From an uncultured Cellvibrionaceae bacterium (GTDB lineage Bacteria > Pseudomonadota > Gammaproteobacteria > Pseudomonadales > Cellvibrionaceae), in the NCBI GenBank assembly GCA_964399955.1, contig CAYNST010000006.1, positions 7,103 through 59,557 on the forward strand: a stretch of 52,455 nucleotides of DNA. Direction: 5' to 3'. Position 1 is the stretch's first letter; every line of letters starts with the position of its first letter. Shown here in pieces: positions 38,672 to 47,946 of the stretch. The position numbers were made by a program, and so were the translations under genes. Under the pieces are notes generated by a model. It ran no database searches. It was not told where the DNA came from and worked only from the letters and a program-made list of their open reading frames with translations.

Positions 38672-39670
38672 ATGAACCCAACGGACAAAACCCAGCTGCC
38701 GGGCGGCGGTGTAGACCACACCGTGCTGCGCCCCACACCCGGCCGGCGCGGTGCTCCCGCCGACAGCCAGCCCCTGCCGCGCCGCCCGCCCGCCCCGGCG
38801 GCGCTGGATGCAGGCCCCGCGCTTTCGCGGCCGGCCACGCCGCAACCCGGCCGCAGCCCCACTCTGGAGCATGCGCCGCAGCCGGCCTATGCTGCGCCGC
38901 CTGGTTACAGCCAGTCGCAGGAGCCGCTGGCCAGCCGACTGGACCCCAACCCGCTGACGCGCTCGGCGGCCACCCTGCTGGCCGTGTATCGTCAGACCCG
39001 GCACGCACCGCACCACGCCGATGTGGCCGGTCTGCACCGCCGTCTGCAAAATGAGATTCGTCTGTTTGAGGAGAAGGCTCGAGCAGCGGCCGTCAGGCCG
39101 GAGATTATTTTGGCGGCCCGCTACCTGTTGTGCTCGGTACTGGATGAGGCCGTGATGCACACCCCCTGGGGCGAAGAGAGCGCCTGGGGCCAGCACACAC
39201 TGCTAAGCATATTTCACAACGAAACCTTTGGCGGAGAAAAGTGTTTTTTGGTTCTGAACCGCCTGATGCAGACTCCCACAGAAAACATTGATGTGCTGGA
39301 GTTGTTTTCCATTTGCCTGGCCCTGGGCTTTGAGGGTAAATATCGCCACGCCGACCGCGGCCGCGACGCGCTGGAGAACATCCGCACCGAGCTCTACCGC
39401 TTGACCGCCGTGCACCGCGCCGACGCCCAGCGCGACTTGTCCGGCCATTGGCGGGGCTTGCGCGCCCAAGGCAAACCGCTCATTCACCGCCTGCCCTTAT
39501 GGGTAGTGGCCAGCGTCTTCGCACTGCTGGTCTGCGCCAGTTTTGCCGCACTCAAGGTGGTGGTGCGCTGGCAGTCGGAGCCGGTACTGGAGCAATTGCA
39601 GGTACTGGGGCAATTGCAGGTGTTGGGCCCGGACGCCCCACTGCAGGATTTACCGCACGCGGCGCGCTAG
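38672..39670 (+). CDS. tssL: T6SS membrane protein TssL (DotU family) with a ~110-aa Pro/Ala-rich N-terminal extension
   Basis: DotU core (RPEIILAARYLLCSVLDEAV..., ELFSICLALGFEGKY) and a single TM (LPLWVVASVFALLVCASFAAL). No OmpA-like extension. Confidence 0.8.
   Translation: MNPTDKTQLPGGGVDHTVLRPTPGRRGAPADSQPLPRRPPAPAALDAGPALSRPATPQPGRSPTLEHAPQPAYAAPPGYSQSQEPLASRLDPNPLTRSAATLLAVYRQTRHAPHHADVAGLHRRLQNEIRLFEEKARAAAVRPEIILAARYLLCSVLDEAVMHTPWGEESAWGQHTLLSIFHNETFGGEKCFLVLNRLMQTPTENIDVLELFSICLALGFEGKYRHADRGRDALENIRTELYRLTAVHRADAQRDLSGHWRGLRAQGKPLIHRLPLWVVASVFALLVCASFAALKVVVRWQSEPVLEQLQVLGQLQVLGPDAPLQDLPHAAR
39593..39628. repeat. 18-bp tandem duplication (caattgcaggtactgggg / caattgcaggtgttgggc) in the 3' end of tssL
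   Basis: Encodes QLQVLG twice in the short periplasmic tail. Confidence 0.65.
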
Positions 39671-39703
39671 TCGCAGCAAACAGGGATACCCCGCAAGGAC
39701 ATC

Positions 39704-42700
39704 ATGAAACGATTTTTTGCCTTTATCACCCACCCGCTGATGCTCTCCGCCATCGGTCTGCTGGCGCTTGGCCTGCTGATCTGGTTCGTGGGGCCGCAGA
39801 TCAAGTTTGGCGAGCACAATCGCGCCCCGCTGGGCAGTGAACGGGCGCGCCTGCTGAGCATCATTGTGCTGCTGGCAATCTGGGGGCTGCACAACTTCTG
39901 GATGCACTACCGAGGAGTGCGCGCCAACCGCGCCCTGGTGGCGGGTTTGCACGACGATGCGGAGCCCTCCGCTGCGCAGGACCCGAACATGAGCGAAAGC
40001 GAGCGCGCGCAAATCAGCGCCCAGTTCGAGCGCGCCATCAACACCCTCAAACGCTATAAATTCAAGGGCGCCCGCGGCAGCAAGGCGCTTTACCAGTTGC
40101 CCTGGTATGTGATCATCGGCCCGCCCGGCTCGGGCAAAACCACCGCTCTGATCAACTCCGGTTTGGAATTTCCCCTGGCCAAGGAAACCGGCGGCCACGC
40201 CGTGCAGGGCATAGGCGGCACACGCAACTGTGACTGGTGGTTCACCAATGAAGCGGTATTGATAGATACCGCCGGCCGTTACACCACCCAGGACAGCCAC
40301 CGGGTGCAGGACGGCGGCGCCTGGCAGGGGTTTCTCGATTTGCTCAAGCGCCACCGCCGCCGCCGGCCCATCAATGGCGCCATCGTTGCCATCAGCCTGC
40401 AGGACCTGCTCACCCAAACAGAGCATGAGCGCAAACAACATGCACGCGCCGTGCGTGAGCGTCTTGACGAGCTGATGAGCAAACTCAACATCCGCTTTCC
40501 GGTTTATGTGGTCTTGACCAAGACCGACCTGGTCAGTGGCTTTACCGAGTTTTTTGCCGAATTCTCCCGCGATGAGCGCGAGCAGGTCTGGGGGGTGTCT
40601 CTGCCTGCATCCACCAAGGACGACTGCGTGCAAGCCGTGCAACTGGTAGCAGGCGAACTGGAGCAGTTGACCCAGCGGCTCTACACGCGTCTGTTTGCAC
40701 GCCTGCATCAGGAGCGCGACGGCCGCCGACGCACCGCCATTGCTGCCTTCCCGCAGCAATTTGAAAACGCCCAGGCCCAGGCGGTGAGTTTTGTGCAGCA
40801 GGTTTTTGCCCTGGACCACTACAAGCAACAACCGCTGCTGCGCGGCGTGTATTTTACCTCCGGGGTGCAGGACGGTACGGCCGTTGACCGGCTGATGAGC
40901 GCGGTGTCCGGCAACTTCGGTTTTGGTCGCCAACTGAACCATTCGGCGGAATCCAGCGGCAAGAGCTTCTTCTTGACTCAACTGTTCCGCGAGGTCATCT
41001 TTCCCGAGGCCGACCTGGTGGGCAGCAATCCCGTCTATGAGCGCACCGCCGTGTGGCTGCGTCGCGCCAGTTATGCCGCCATGGCCCTGCTCACGGTGGG
41101 ATTGGGCGTGTTCTGGTCCGGCGAGCTGGTGCGCCATCAAAGCTACCTGAGTGCGGTCAGCGCCGAGGTGCAAAACTATCGCAGCCAGCCTGCAGGCGCC
41201 GAACAGCCCGCCGAGGCCACACTGCTTGCCCTGCCGGCACTGGATGCTTTGGCGCAGGCCGCACAGATAGGCGAGCATTTGAAACCGACTGCCGCCTGGC
41301 GCTTTGGTCTGAGCGACCCACGGGTGGACGATTCGGCCATCGCGGCCTATCGGCAACAGCTAAGGGAGCGCCTTCTGCCACAGCTGGTCTCCACCCTGGG
41401 GCAGGCGGTCGAGCGCAGCCAGGACAGCCTGTTGTACGATAACTTCCGCGTTTACATGATGTTAGGCAAACCGGAGTATCTCAGCCCCGAGCGGGTTAGC
41501 GACTGGTTTGACGAGCACTGGCAGAGCGCCTGGGCCTTGGAGGCGGATACCCGCAGCCGTCTGGCGTTTCATCTGGACAACCTCCTCAAGCTGCCGCTGC
41601 AGCCGCAGGTGTTGGATACTGACCTGGTGCAGGACACCCGCGACCGCCTGTTGGCCGAACCCACCGCACAGCGCGTTTATTCTCGTTTGCGCGCACATCC
41701 CATGTACAGCCGGCGGGTGGATATGCTCAGCCAGTTTGGCAACAACGCCCGCAGAGCCTTCCGCCTGGATGCCGAGGCCCGCGCCCGTTTGCAGGTGCCC
41801 CTGCTGTTTACCAAGGAAGGGTATGACCATGTTGACCTGTCCGCCCGCTCGCCCCTGCTGGCGGACCTTTTGAGCGAGACCTGGGTATTGGTGGACGCCG
41901 GCACGCCGGAGGAAACCCTGGTGGACATGTCCGAGGTGCCGGCGCAGGTAGAGGCGCTGTACATGGCGGACTACATCCGCGTCTGGAGCGACCTTTACCG
42001 GCAGTTGGGGGTGGTGGAGTTCACCAGCCTGCAGCACGGCAAAGACATTCTGGCCGCGCTGGCCGACCCCGCCTACTCCCCGCTGGTGGCGGTATTGCGC
42101 GTGGGCCGCAACAACACTCAGCTGCGCCCGCCAAAAGACCAGCTTGAAGCCCTGGCGGCCAAGGCACCGCCGCGCGGCGGCCGGGCCGCCAAACTTGCGG
42201 TGGGGGCGGCCTTGAACCAGTACGAAGGCACGCCGGTGGACAACCGCTTCGCCGACCTCAACGGCCTGTTTGGCGACAGTGGCGGGGTGGGCACGGTGCT
42301 GGATCAAATTGGTCAACTGCACGCCTATCTGGCGGATATCACCTTCGCCCCGGAACCGCCGCAGCAGGCGTTCGAGGAAGCGCGCAAGCGCTTCTCCGGC
42401 GGCGGTGGCAATGCCATTACCGCACTGCAGTCCTTCGCCAGTACCGCGCCGGAACCCTTGCGCGGCTGGCTGGACGATCTGGCGCGCCAGAGCTGGAAGG
42501 TGGTGCTGGGGGCCGCTCGCCGCCACGCCGCCGACGAATGGCGCGAGTCGGTCTACCTGCCTTACAGTCGCACACTGCAGGGCCGCTACCCCTTGAACCG
42601 CAATGCCACTGACGAGGCCACGCTCTACGCCTTCTCCGAGTTTTTCAAGCCCGGCGGCACCCTGGACCAGTACTATCAGGACTACATGGCGCCCTTTGTG

Positions 42701-43240
42701 CAGGCCCGCGGCGGCTGGCGCAACCGGGTAGTGGACCACTACAGCCTGGGCTTCTCCGGCGAATTTCTGGAGCAGATGCGCCGCGCGCAGAGCATCAAGG
42801 ACAGCCTTTATCTAGAAAGCCCGGACACTATCAGCCTGACCATGCAGCTGCGGCCCAAGACCATGGATGCGCGGGATGCACGCTTTCATCTGGACATTGG
42901 CGGCGAGCGCCTGTCCTACAACCACGGCCCCAAATTCTGGCAGACGCTGAAGTGGCGGGCCGATCAGGAGAACATGCGGGTGCGCATCGCCTTTGAAGAT
43001 GTGGGCGGCACCCAGTACGACCGCAGTTTTTTTGGCCCCTGGGCCTGGTTCCGCATGCTGGACGCTTCCTACGTGGAAAAAACCGCGCAGTCAGCCACCT
43101 ATTTATTGACCTTCCTGGCCTCCGCCAGCGGTGGCGAGAGTGACCCGCACAAGATCATTTATGAAGTGAAGGCCAACAGCATTGACAACCCCCTGCGACG
43201 GGACCTGTTGAGCGGCTATCACTGCCCCGAGTCAATCTGA
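39704..43240 (+). CDS. tssM: T6SS membrane complex protein TssM (IcmF)
   Basis: 1178 aa; N-terminal TM helices, Walker A GPPGSGKTTAL, and the large IcmF-related periplasmic domain. Confidence 0.93.
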   Translation: MKRFFAFITHPLMLSAIGLLALGLLIWFVGPQIKFGEHNRAPLGSERARLLSIIVLLAIWGLHNFWMHYRGVRANRALVAGLHDDAEPSAAQDPNMSESERAQISAQFERAINTLKRYKFKGARGSKALYQLPWYVIIGPPGSGKTTALINSGLEFPLAKETGGHAVQGIGGTRNCDWWFTNEAVLIDTAGRYTTQDSHRVQDGGAWQGFLDLLKRHRRRRPINGAIVAISLQDLLTQTEHERKQHARAVRERLDELMSKLNIRFPVYVVLTKTDLVSGFTEFFAEFSRDEREQVWGVSLPASTKDDCVQAVQLVAGELEQLTQRLYTRLFARLHQERDGRRRTAIAAFPQQFENAQAQAVSFVQQVFALDHYKQQPLLRGVYFTSGVQDGTAVDRLMSAVSGNFGFGRQLNHSAESSGKSFFLTQLFREVIFPEADLVGSNPVYERTAVWLRRASYAAMALLTVGLGVFWSGELVRHQSYLSAVSAEVQNYRSQPAGAEQPAEATLLALPALDALAQAAQIGEHLKPTAAWRFGLSDPRVDDSAIAAYRQQLRERLLPQLVSTLGQAVERSQDSLLYDNFRVYMMLGKPEYLSPERVSDWFDEHWQSAWALEADTRSRLAFHLDNLLKLPLQPQVLDTDLVQDTRDRLLAEPTAQRVYSRLRAHPMYSRRVDMLSQFGNNARRAFRLDAEARARLQVPLLFTKEGYDHVDLSARSPLLADLLSETWVLVDAGTPEETLVDMSEVPAQVEALYMADYIRVWSDLYRQLGVVEFTSLQHGKDILAALADPAYSPLVAVLRVGRNNTQLRPPKDQLEALAAKAPPRGGRAAKLAVGAALNQYEGTPVDNRFADLNGLFGDSGGVGTVLDQIGQLHAYLADITFAPEPPQQAFEEARKRFSGGGGNAITALQSFASTAPEPLRGWLDDLARQSWKVVLGAARRHAADEWRESVYLPYSRTLQGRYPLNRNATDEATLYAFSEFFKPGGTLDQYYQDYMAPFVQARGGWRNRVVDHYSLGFSGEFLEQMRRAQSIKDSLYLESPDTISLTMQLRPKTMDARDARFHLDIGGERLSYNHGPKFWQTLKWRADQENMRVRIAFEDVGGTQYDRSFFGPWAWFRMLDASYVEKTAQSATYLLTFLASASGGESDPHKIIYEVKANSIDNPLRRDLLSGYHCPESI

Positions 43241-43977
43241 TGGACAACTCTGTAGGAATTCTTGGCAAATTGCCAATGCACGGCGATTTCGTACAGCGCA
43301 ACCTGCCGGGGCCGGTGATCAACCTCTGGCACGAGTGGCTGCAGGACTTTGTTGGCAGCACGCAGGAGCAACTGGCGGATGCCTGGCTGGACATCTACCT
43401 GACCTCGCCCATCTGGCGGTTTTACCTGTCCCCGGGCGTCATCGACAGTCGTCCCTGGGCCGGCATTTTGCTACCCAGTGTGGACCGCGTCGGCCGCTAC
43501 TTTCCGCTGCTGCTGACCCGCCCCCTGCCGGCAGACACCCTGGCCACCGTTTTCATTGAGCAGCAGCACGACTGGTTCCGTGCCCTGGAAGACGCCGCAC
43601 TGGCGGCGTTGGACGGGCAGATGAACGTTGACGGCTTGTTGAGCCGGGTAGCCGAGCTGCCAATGCCGGCCCCTGAACTTGCGGCCTGGCAACTTAAGGT
43701 GCCGCTGCGCCAGGGCTTGGTGGTGGAGCAGCACGAAGAGGCAAAAGGCGTGTCTGGCTCGCCCCAGCCACGGCTGTTGCAGGCTTTGATCAATCAATCG
43801 TTCCCCAGTTACAGCCTCTGGAGCACCGAGGGTTCGGTGCGGGTGGAGCCCTGTTGCGTCATCAGCGGCGGGCTGCCGCCGCTGGGACAGGCCCCGGCCC
43901 TGTTGGACGGCCTGTGGGAACATTGGCAATGGAGCGCACCCTTTGCGGTGTCGGAAAGGAATCTGAAGGCAGAATAA
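43240..43977 (+). CDS. tagF: T6SS-associated protein TagF
   Basis: N-terminus GILGKLPMHGDFVQRNLP...W..W, as in the TagF/DUF2094 family. Start overlaps the tssM stop. Confidence 0.85.
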   Translation: MDNSVGILGKLPMHGDFVQRNLPGPVINLWHEWLQDFVGSTQEQLADAWLDIYLTSPIWRFYLSPGVIDSRPWAGILLPSVDRVGRYFPLLLTRPLPADTLATVFIEQQHDWFRALEDAALAALDGQMNVDGLLSRVAELPMPAPELAAWQLKVPLRQGLVVEQHEEAKGVSGSPQPRLLQALINQSFPSYSLWSTEGSVRVEPCCVISGGLPPLGQAPALLDGLWEHWQWSAPFAVSERNLKAE

Positions 43978-43980
43978 TTC

Positions 43981-44769
43981 ATGGAAAGTGTAACAAAGGA
44001 CGACACCTGCAGGCGCCCAAGAGTGTGGACCTGCAGCGCCAAGAGTGATCGTGGTAAGGTAAGACAAATCAACGAAGATGCCTTCCTGGCCCGGGACGAC
44101 ATTGGCCTGTGGGCGGTGGCGGACGGCATGGGCGGGCACAGTATTGGCGATGTGGCCAGCCGCATGATCATTGACGCCCTCGCCCCGGCCACCGCAGAGC
44201 CGCGCCTGAGTGCGCTGGTGGAGAGTGTCGAAGAGCGGCTGTTGCAGGCCAACAACGACATCATTCAGTATTCACGTACGCTGTTTGAAAAAGACGCCAG
44301 CATGGGCAGCACCTTGGTCAGCCTGGTGCTGAAGGGGCAGGTGGGTGCGTGTCTGTGGGTGGGGGATTCCCGGCTATACCGCTGGCGCAAGCAGCATCTC
44401 ACCCAGCTCACCCGCGACCACAGCCAGGTGCAGGAGCTTATAGATCGCGGCCTGCTGGACCCGACAAAGGCCCGGCAGCACCCGCAGGCCAACGTCATCA
44501 CCCGGGCAATTGGTGCGGATACCGGCTGCTTAATTGACCTGAACGTCTTCAATGCGCAGCCCGGCGATGTGTTTCTGTTGTGCAGCGACGGTCTTTCCAA
44601 TACTGTTCCGCCCGACGAGCTGGGGCGGCTGCTGCCGTTGGGCAGCGCGGAAGAGGCGGCCTGTGCTTTGCTGGACTCAGCCTTGGCACGCGGCGCGCCG
44701 GATAACGTCACCTTGATTGTCGTCAAAACCGCCTTCGGGCCCGCCCCTGTGGCGGTGCAGGCTCCCTGA
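43981..44769 (+). CDS. pppA: PP2C-type Ser/Thr phosphatase PppA
   Basis: FLARDDIGLWAVADGMGGHSIGDVAS plus C-terminal GAPDNVTLIVV; the usual T6SS threonine-phosphorylation-pathway partner of PpkA. Confidence 0.88.
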   Translation: MESVTKDDTCRRPRVWTCSAKSDRGKVRQINEDAFLARDDIGLWAVADGMGGHSIGDVASRMIIDALAPATAEPRLSALVESVEERLLQANNDIIQYSRTLFEKDASMGSTLVSLVLKGQVGACLWVGDSRLYRWRKQHLTQLTRDHSQVQELIDRGLLDPTKARQHPQANVITRAIGADTGCLIDLNVFNAQPGDVFLLCSDGLSNTVPPDELGRLLPLGSAEEAACALLDSALARGAPDNVTLIVVKTAFGPAPVAVQAP

Positions 44770-44819
44770 ATTTTATCCTGCCCTCCAGTGTGCGCGGGCA
44801 ATAACGGCTGTAACCACTG

Positions 44820-47390
44820 ATGATCGACCCGGATCACAACAAAACCCGCCTGGTGAAACCCAAGGGTAACACCGTGCATGCCGATGAGCAGGCACCTACC
44901 CAGGTTGAGCGCGGTGCAGACAGCAAAAAAACCGGGCCCGGCCGCCGCAACGACGCCACCGTGCTGGATGGCCGCGTCAGTCCCACGCAAATGGCCGAAG
45001 GTGCGCCCACTCAGGCGTTCGGCTCTGCAGCCGCAGGTGCGGGCGCTGGCGGTGCCATGCCGGAGATTCTCAAAAACCGCTTCATTCTGGAGCGGGTACT
45101 GGGCGCCGGTGGCATGGGGGTGGTCTACAAAGCCAAGGATCTTTTAAAGGTAGAGGCGCAGGACCGCGAGCCCTACGTGGCCATCAAGGTGCTGGGGGAG
45201 GAGTTCCGCTCCCACCCGGAGGCGTTCATTGCCCTGCAGCGGGAATCCCGCAAAACCCAGCGCATTGCCCACCCCAACATTGTGACCGTCTACGATTTTG
45301 ACAAAGACGGCGACACGGTCTTCATGACCATGGAATACCTGGAAGGCGCGCCGCTTGACCGGCTGATCAAGCAGTATCGCGCCACCGGGCTGCCCCACCG
45401 GGATGTGTGGCAGATCCTCAACGGTATCTGCGCGGCCCTGGCCTACGCCCACCAGCAGAACATCGTGCACGCCGACCTGAAGCCCGGCAATATTTTTGTG
45501 ACCGGGCACAACCTGGCCAAGGTGTTTGATTTTGGCATTGCCCGCGCCGTTGCCCAGGCCGATGTGCTGGAGCCCACTGACGCGCAAAAAACCGGTTTTG
45601 TGCTGGCGGGCGCCCGCAAGGGCGCCGACCACACGGTATTTGATGCAGCCACTCTGGGCGCCTACACCCCAGCCTACGCCAGCCTGGAGATGCTGCAGGG
45701 CGCGCCGCCGGATGTGCGTGACGACATCTACGCGCTGGGTTGCATTGCCTATGAAATGCTCACCGGGCGTCACCCCTATCAGCGCAAGAACGCAGCCGAG
45801 GTTTACAGCGAAGGCCTGCGGCCGGCGCGCATTTCCGGCATTAGCAGCAATCAGTGGCGGGCCATTGAGAGTGCATTGGCCGTCAAGCGCGGGGCTCGGT
45901 TGCCGTCCGTGCCTGCCTTTCAGGCGCTGATCAGTCAGCCGGTCAGTCGGTCCTACCGGGGCTGGTTGCTGGCCGCACTGCTGGCCGCCGGTGCGGGTGG
46001 GGCGGGGTGGTTCCAGTGGCAGCAACGCGAACTGCCCCCGCCGGTGCCGCCGGTGTCCGAAAATGACGTGCGGGTGGAGATAGAACAGCGCATTCGGGTA
46101 GAGCTGGTGCAAAACACCATTAACGCACTGCTGGCGGAGCCCAGCTTTGACGAGCGTTGGCAGGATCTGCTGTGGAACGAAATGCAGAACCTGCACGCGC
46201 TGGTAGGGGAAACCGGCGAGCCGGTACCGGAGCTCAACCGGCAGATTCTGCAGCTTTACGTGCAGCAGGCCGAAGCTATGCTTGAGGAGCAGGCCTTTGA
46301 GCGCGTGGCGCAATTGCTGCAGCGCGCCGAGGTTTACCAGGCAGAGCCGGACGAGCTGCAAGCTTTAAACGATCGGCTGCAGGCGGCCATTGCACAACAG
46401 ACCGCCGAGGAAGCCGAAGCGCGCGCTGCCCGCCAGCAGCAGGAGGCGCGCCGGCAGGAAGCGCGCCAGCGGCAGCAGAACGAACAGGCCTACGCCGCCG
46501 CACTGGACAACGTCAATGAACAATTGAGCTGTAAAACACCGGTCGCCATGGAAGACCTGGCCATCGCGGTCAAGCGCCTGCAGGCGGTCAACGCCCAGGC
46601 TTACAGTGTTGCGGAGAACAGCATTGTCCAGCGGCTGGCGGGTTGTATTCGCACCCTGGCCACCGCGCAGCCGGAGCGCGCCCGCGTGCTGCAGCAGGAA
46701 GCGCTGGCACTGTTCGGCAACCACCGAGAGCTGCAGGGCATCACCATCGCCGAAAAAGACCCCTGCAGCCCCAAACTTGCAGGGCTTGGCGCACGCAACA
46801 AGGGCGCCAGGTGTCAGGACAGCTGGGCCGGCGGCGGCCGTGGACCGCAGCTGGTGGTGATCCCCAAGTCGCCGCAGTTGGCAAGCTTTGCCATTGGCCG
46901 CTACGAAGTCAGCGTGGAGGACTTTAACGAATACTGCAGCGCCGCCGCCAACTGCCGGCCGCTGGCAGGCGACCCCACTCTGCCGGCCACCGGGTTGTCG
47001 GTTCAGCAAATTCAGGCTTACCTGCAGTGGCTGAGCGAGCGCAGCGGCCACACTTATCGCTTGCCCAGTCGCGAGGAATGGCAATACGCGGCGCGCGCCA
47101 ACAGCCAGAACCTGCCGTCCAATCGCATTTGCCAGCTGAACACCCGCGGGCTGCAAATTGGCGGCGCACTGGTGGCGGTCAATCTGGGCCAGCAAAACCC
47201 CTGGGGGCTGATCAACTCCGTCGGCAATGCGCGCGAGTGGGTGCAGGCAGGCGCAAGCCACCGCGCCATGGGCGGCTCCTTCGCCACACCCATGGACGAG
47301 TGCTCGGTTGCCACAGAACATCAGCCGAACGCGCAGGGCGACGGCGAAACCGGCTTCCGTGTGGCGCGTGAGCTTGCTGGCGTGCAGTAA
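44820..47390 (+). CDS. ppkA: Ser/Thr protein kinase PpkA with a TM segment and a C-terminal FGE-sulfatase-like domain
   Basis: Hanks kinase motifs (GAGGMGVVYKA, HADLKPGNIFV, DIYALGCIAYEMLTG). TM segment GWLLAALLAAGAGGAGWF. The C-terminal ~170 aa (46870-47390) carry FGE/SUMF1-type motifs RLPSREEWQYAAR and NPWGLINSVGNAREWV. Confidence 0.88.
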   Translation: MIDPDHNKTRLVKPKGNTVHADEQAPTQVERGADSKKTGPGRRNDATVLDGRVSPTQMAEGAPTQAFGSAAAGAGAGGAMPEILKNRFILERVLGAGGMGVVYKAKDLLKVEAQDREPYVAIKVLGEEFRSHPEAFIALQRESRKTQRIAHPNIVTVYDFDKDGDTVFMTMEYLEGAPLDRLIKQYRATGLPHRDVWQILNGICAALAYAHQQNIVHADLKPGNIFVTGHNLAKVFDFGIARAVAQADVLEPTDAQKTGFVLAGARKGADHTVFDAATLGAYTPAYASLEMLQGAPPDVRDDIYALGCIAYEMLTGRHPYQRKNAAEVYSEGLRPARISGISSNQWRAIESALAVKRGARLPSVPAFQALISQPVSRSYRGWLLAALLAAGAGGAGWFQWQQRELPPPVPPVSENDVRVEIEQRIRVELVQNTINALLAEPSFDERWQDLLWNEMQNLHALVGETGEPVPELNRQILQLYVQQAEAMLEEQAFERVAQLLQRAEVYQAEPDELQALNDRLQAAIAQQTAEEAEARAARQQQEARRQEARQRQQNEQAYAAALDNVNEQLSCKTPVAMEDLAIAVKRLQAVNAQAYSVAENSIVQRLAGCIRTLATAQPERARVLQQEALALFGNHRELQGITIAEKDPCSPKLAGLGARNKGARCQDSWAGGGRGPQLVVIPKSPQLASFAIGRYEVSVEDFNEYCSAAANCRPLAGDPTLPATGLSVQQIQAYLQWLSERSGHTYRLPSREEWQYAARANSQNLPSNRICQLNTRGLQIGGALVAVNLGQQNPWGLINSVGNAREWVQAGASHRAMGGSFATPMDECSVATEHQPNAQGDGETGFRVARELAGVQ

Positions 47391-47446
47391 ATGCAACGCT
47401 TCAGCTCACGCCCAGATTTGCGCATAACCGCGCTAAAAAATGGTCC

Positions 47447-47469
47447 CCATCCTGTCAGGAACAGGATGG
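47447..47469 (+). terminator. hairpin after ppkA (9-bp stem ccatcctgt/acaggatgg, 5-nt loop)
   Basis: Perfect inverted repeat 57 nt after the ppkA stop. No U-tract. Confidence 0.35.
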
Positions 47470-47626
47470 AACGCCCGAGAGAGGCGGCCCCGTAGGGTGC
47501 AGCACAGGAAGTGCGCAATATTTACAGTTGTAAACTCACATTTTTCGCCTTGCTCTACACAAATCTGGACGCGATCTGAACAGTCACGGAATGAGCGGAC
47601 TAGGTAAATAACAATAAGGATGTGGT

Positions 47627-47887
47627 ATGAACGACATTAATTTTTCCGCGCTTTTGCGCAATCTGGTGGACGCCTATGCGGACCAGCGCATCAGCCGTGT
47701 ACAATACCTTACTCAACGCCGCAGCCTGCTGGACCGCATTGACCGGGAATTCAACGGCGCGGCACCCGAACCCGAACCCTGCTCCGAGCAAGATGATGCC
47801 GACGTTACCTGCCCTGTTGCAGGTTTCCGCCGCGAGTCAGCCGACGCGTCTGTCCAGGTTCACCAATCCAGTAATAACCAACAGTAA
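47627..47887 (+). CDS. small hypothetical protein (86 aa) heading the exbB operon
   Basis: AAGGATG-like ribosome-binding site and protein-like composition (MNDINFSALLRNLVDAYADQRISRVQYLTQRR...). No recognisable family. Confidence 0.4.
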   Translation: MNDINFSALLRNLVDAYADQRISRVQYLTQRRSLLDRIDREFNGAAPEPEPCSEQDDADVTCPVAGFRRESADASVQVHQSSNNQQ

Positions 47888-47946
47888 ACGCTCAAAGCAG
47901 CGATCTGCATTTATCACCACAACCGCAGTGATCAAGGGAACCATGT

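Noticed and set aside
39650-42739. 568-aa and 425-aa minus-strand ORFs inside tssM
   Set aside because: Antisense to IcmF/TssM.
45144-47396. 405-aa and 343-aa minus-strand ORFs inside ppkA
   Set aside because: Antisense to the kinase gene, whose Hanks motifs are in frame on the plus strand.
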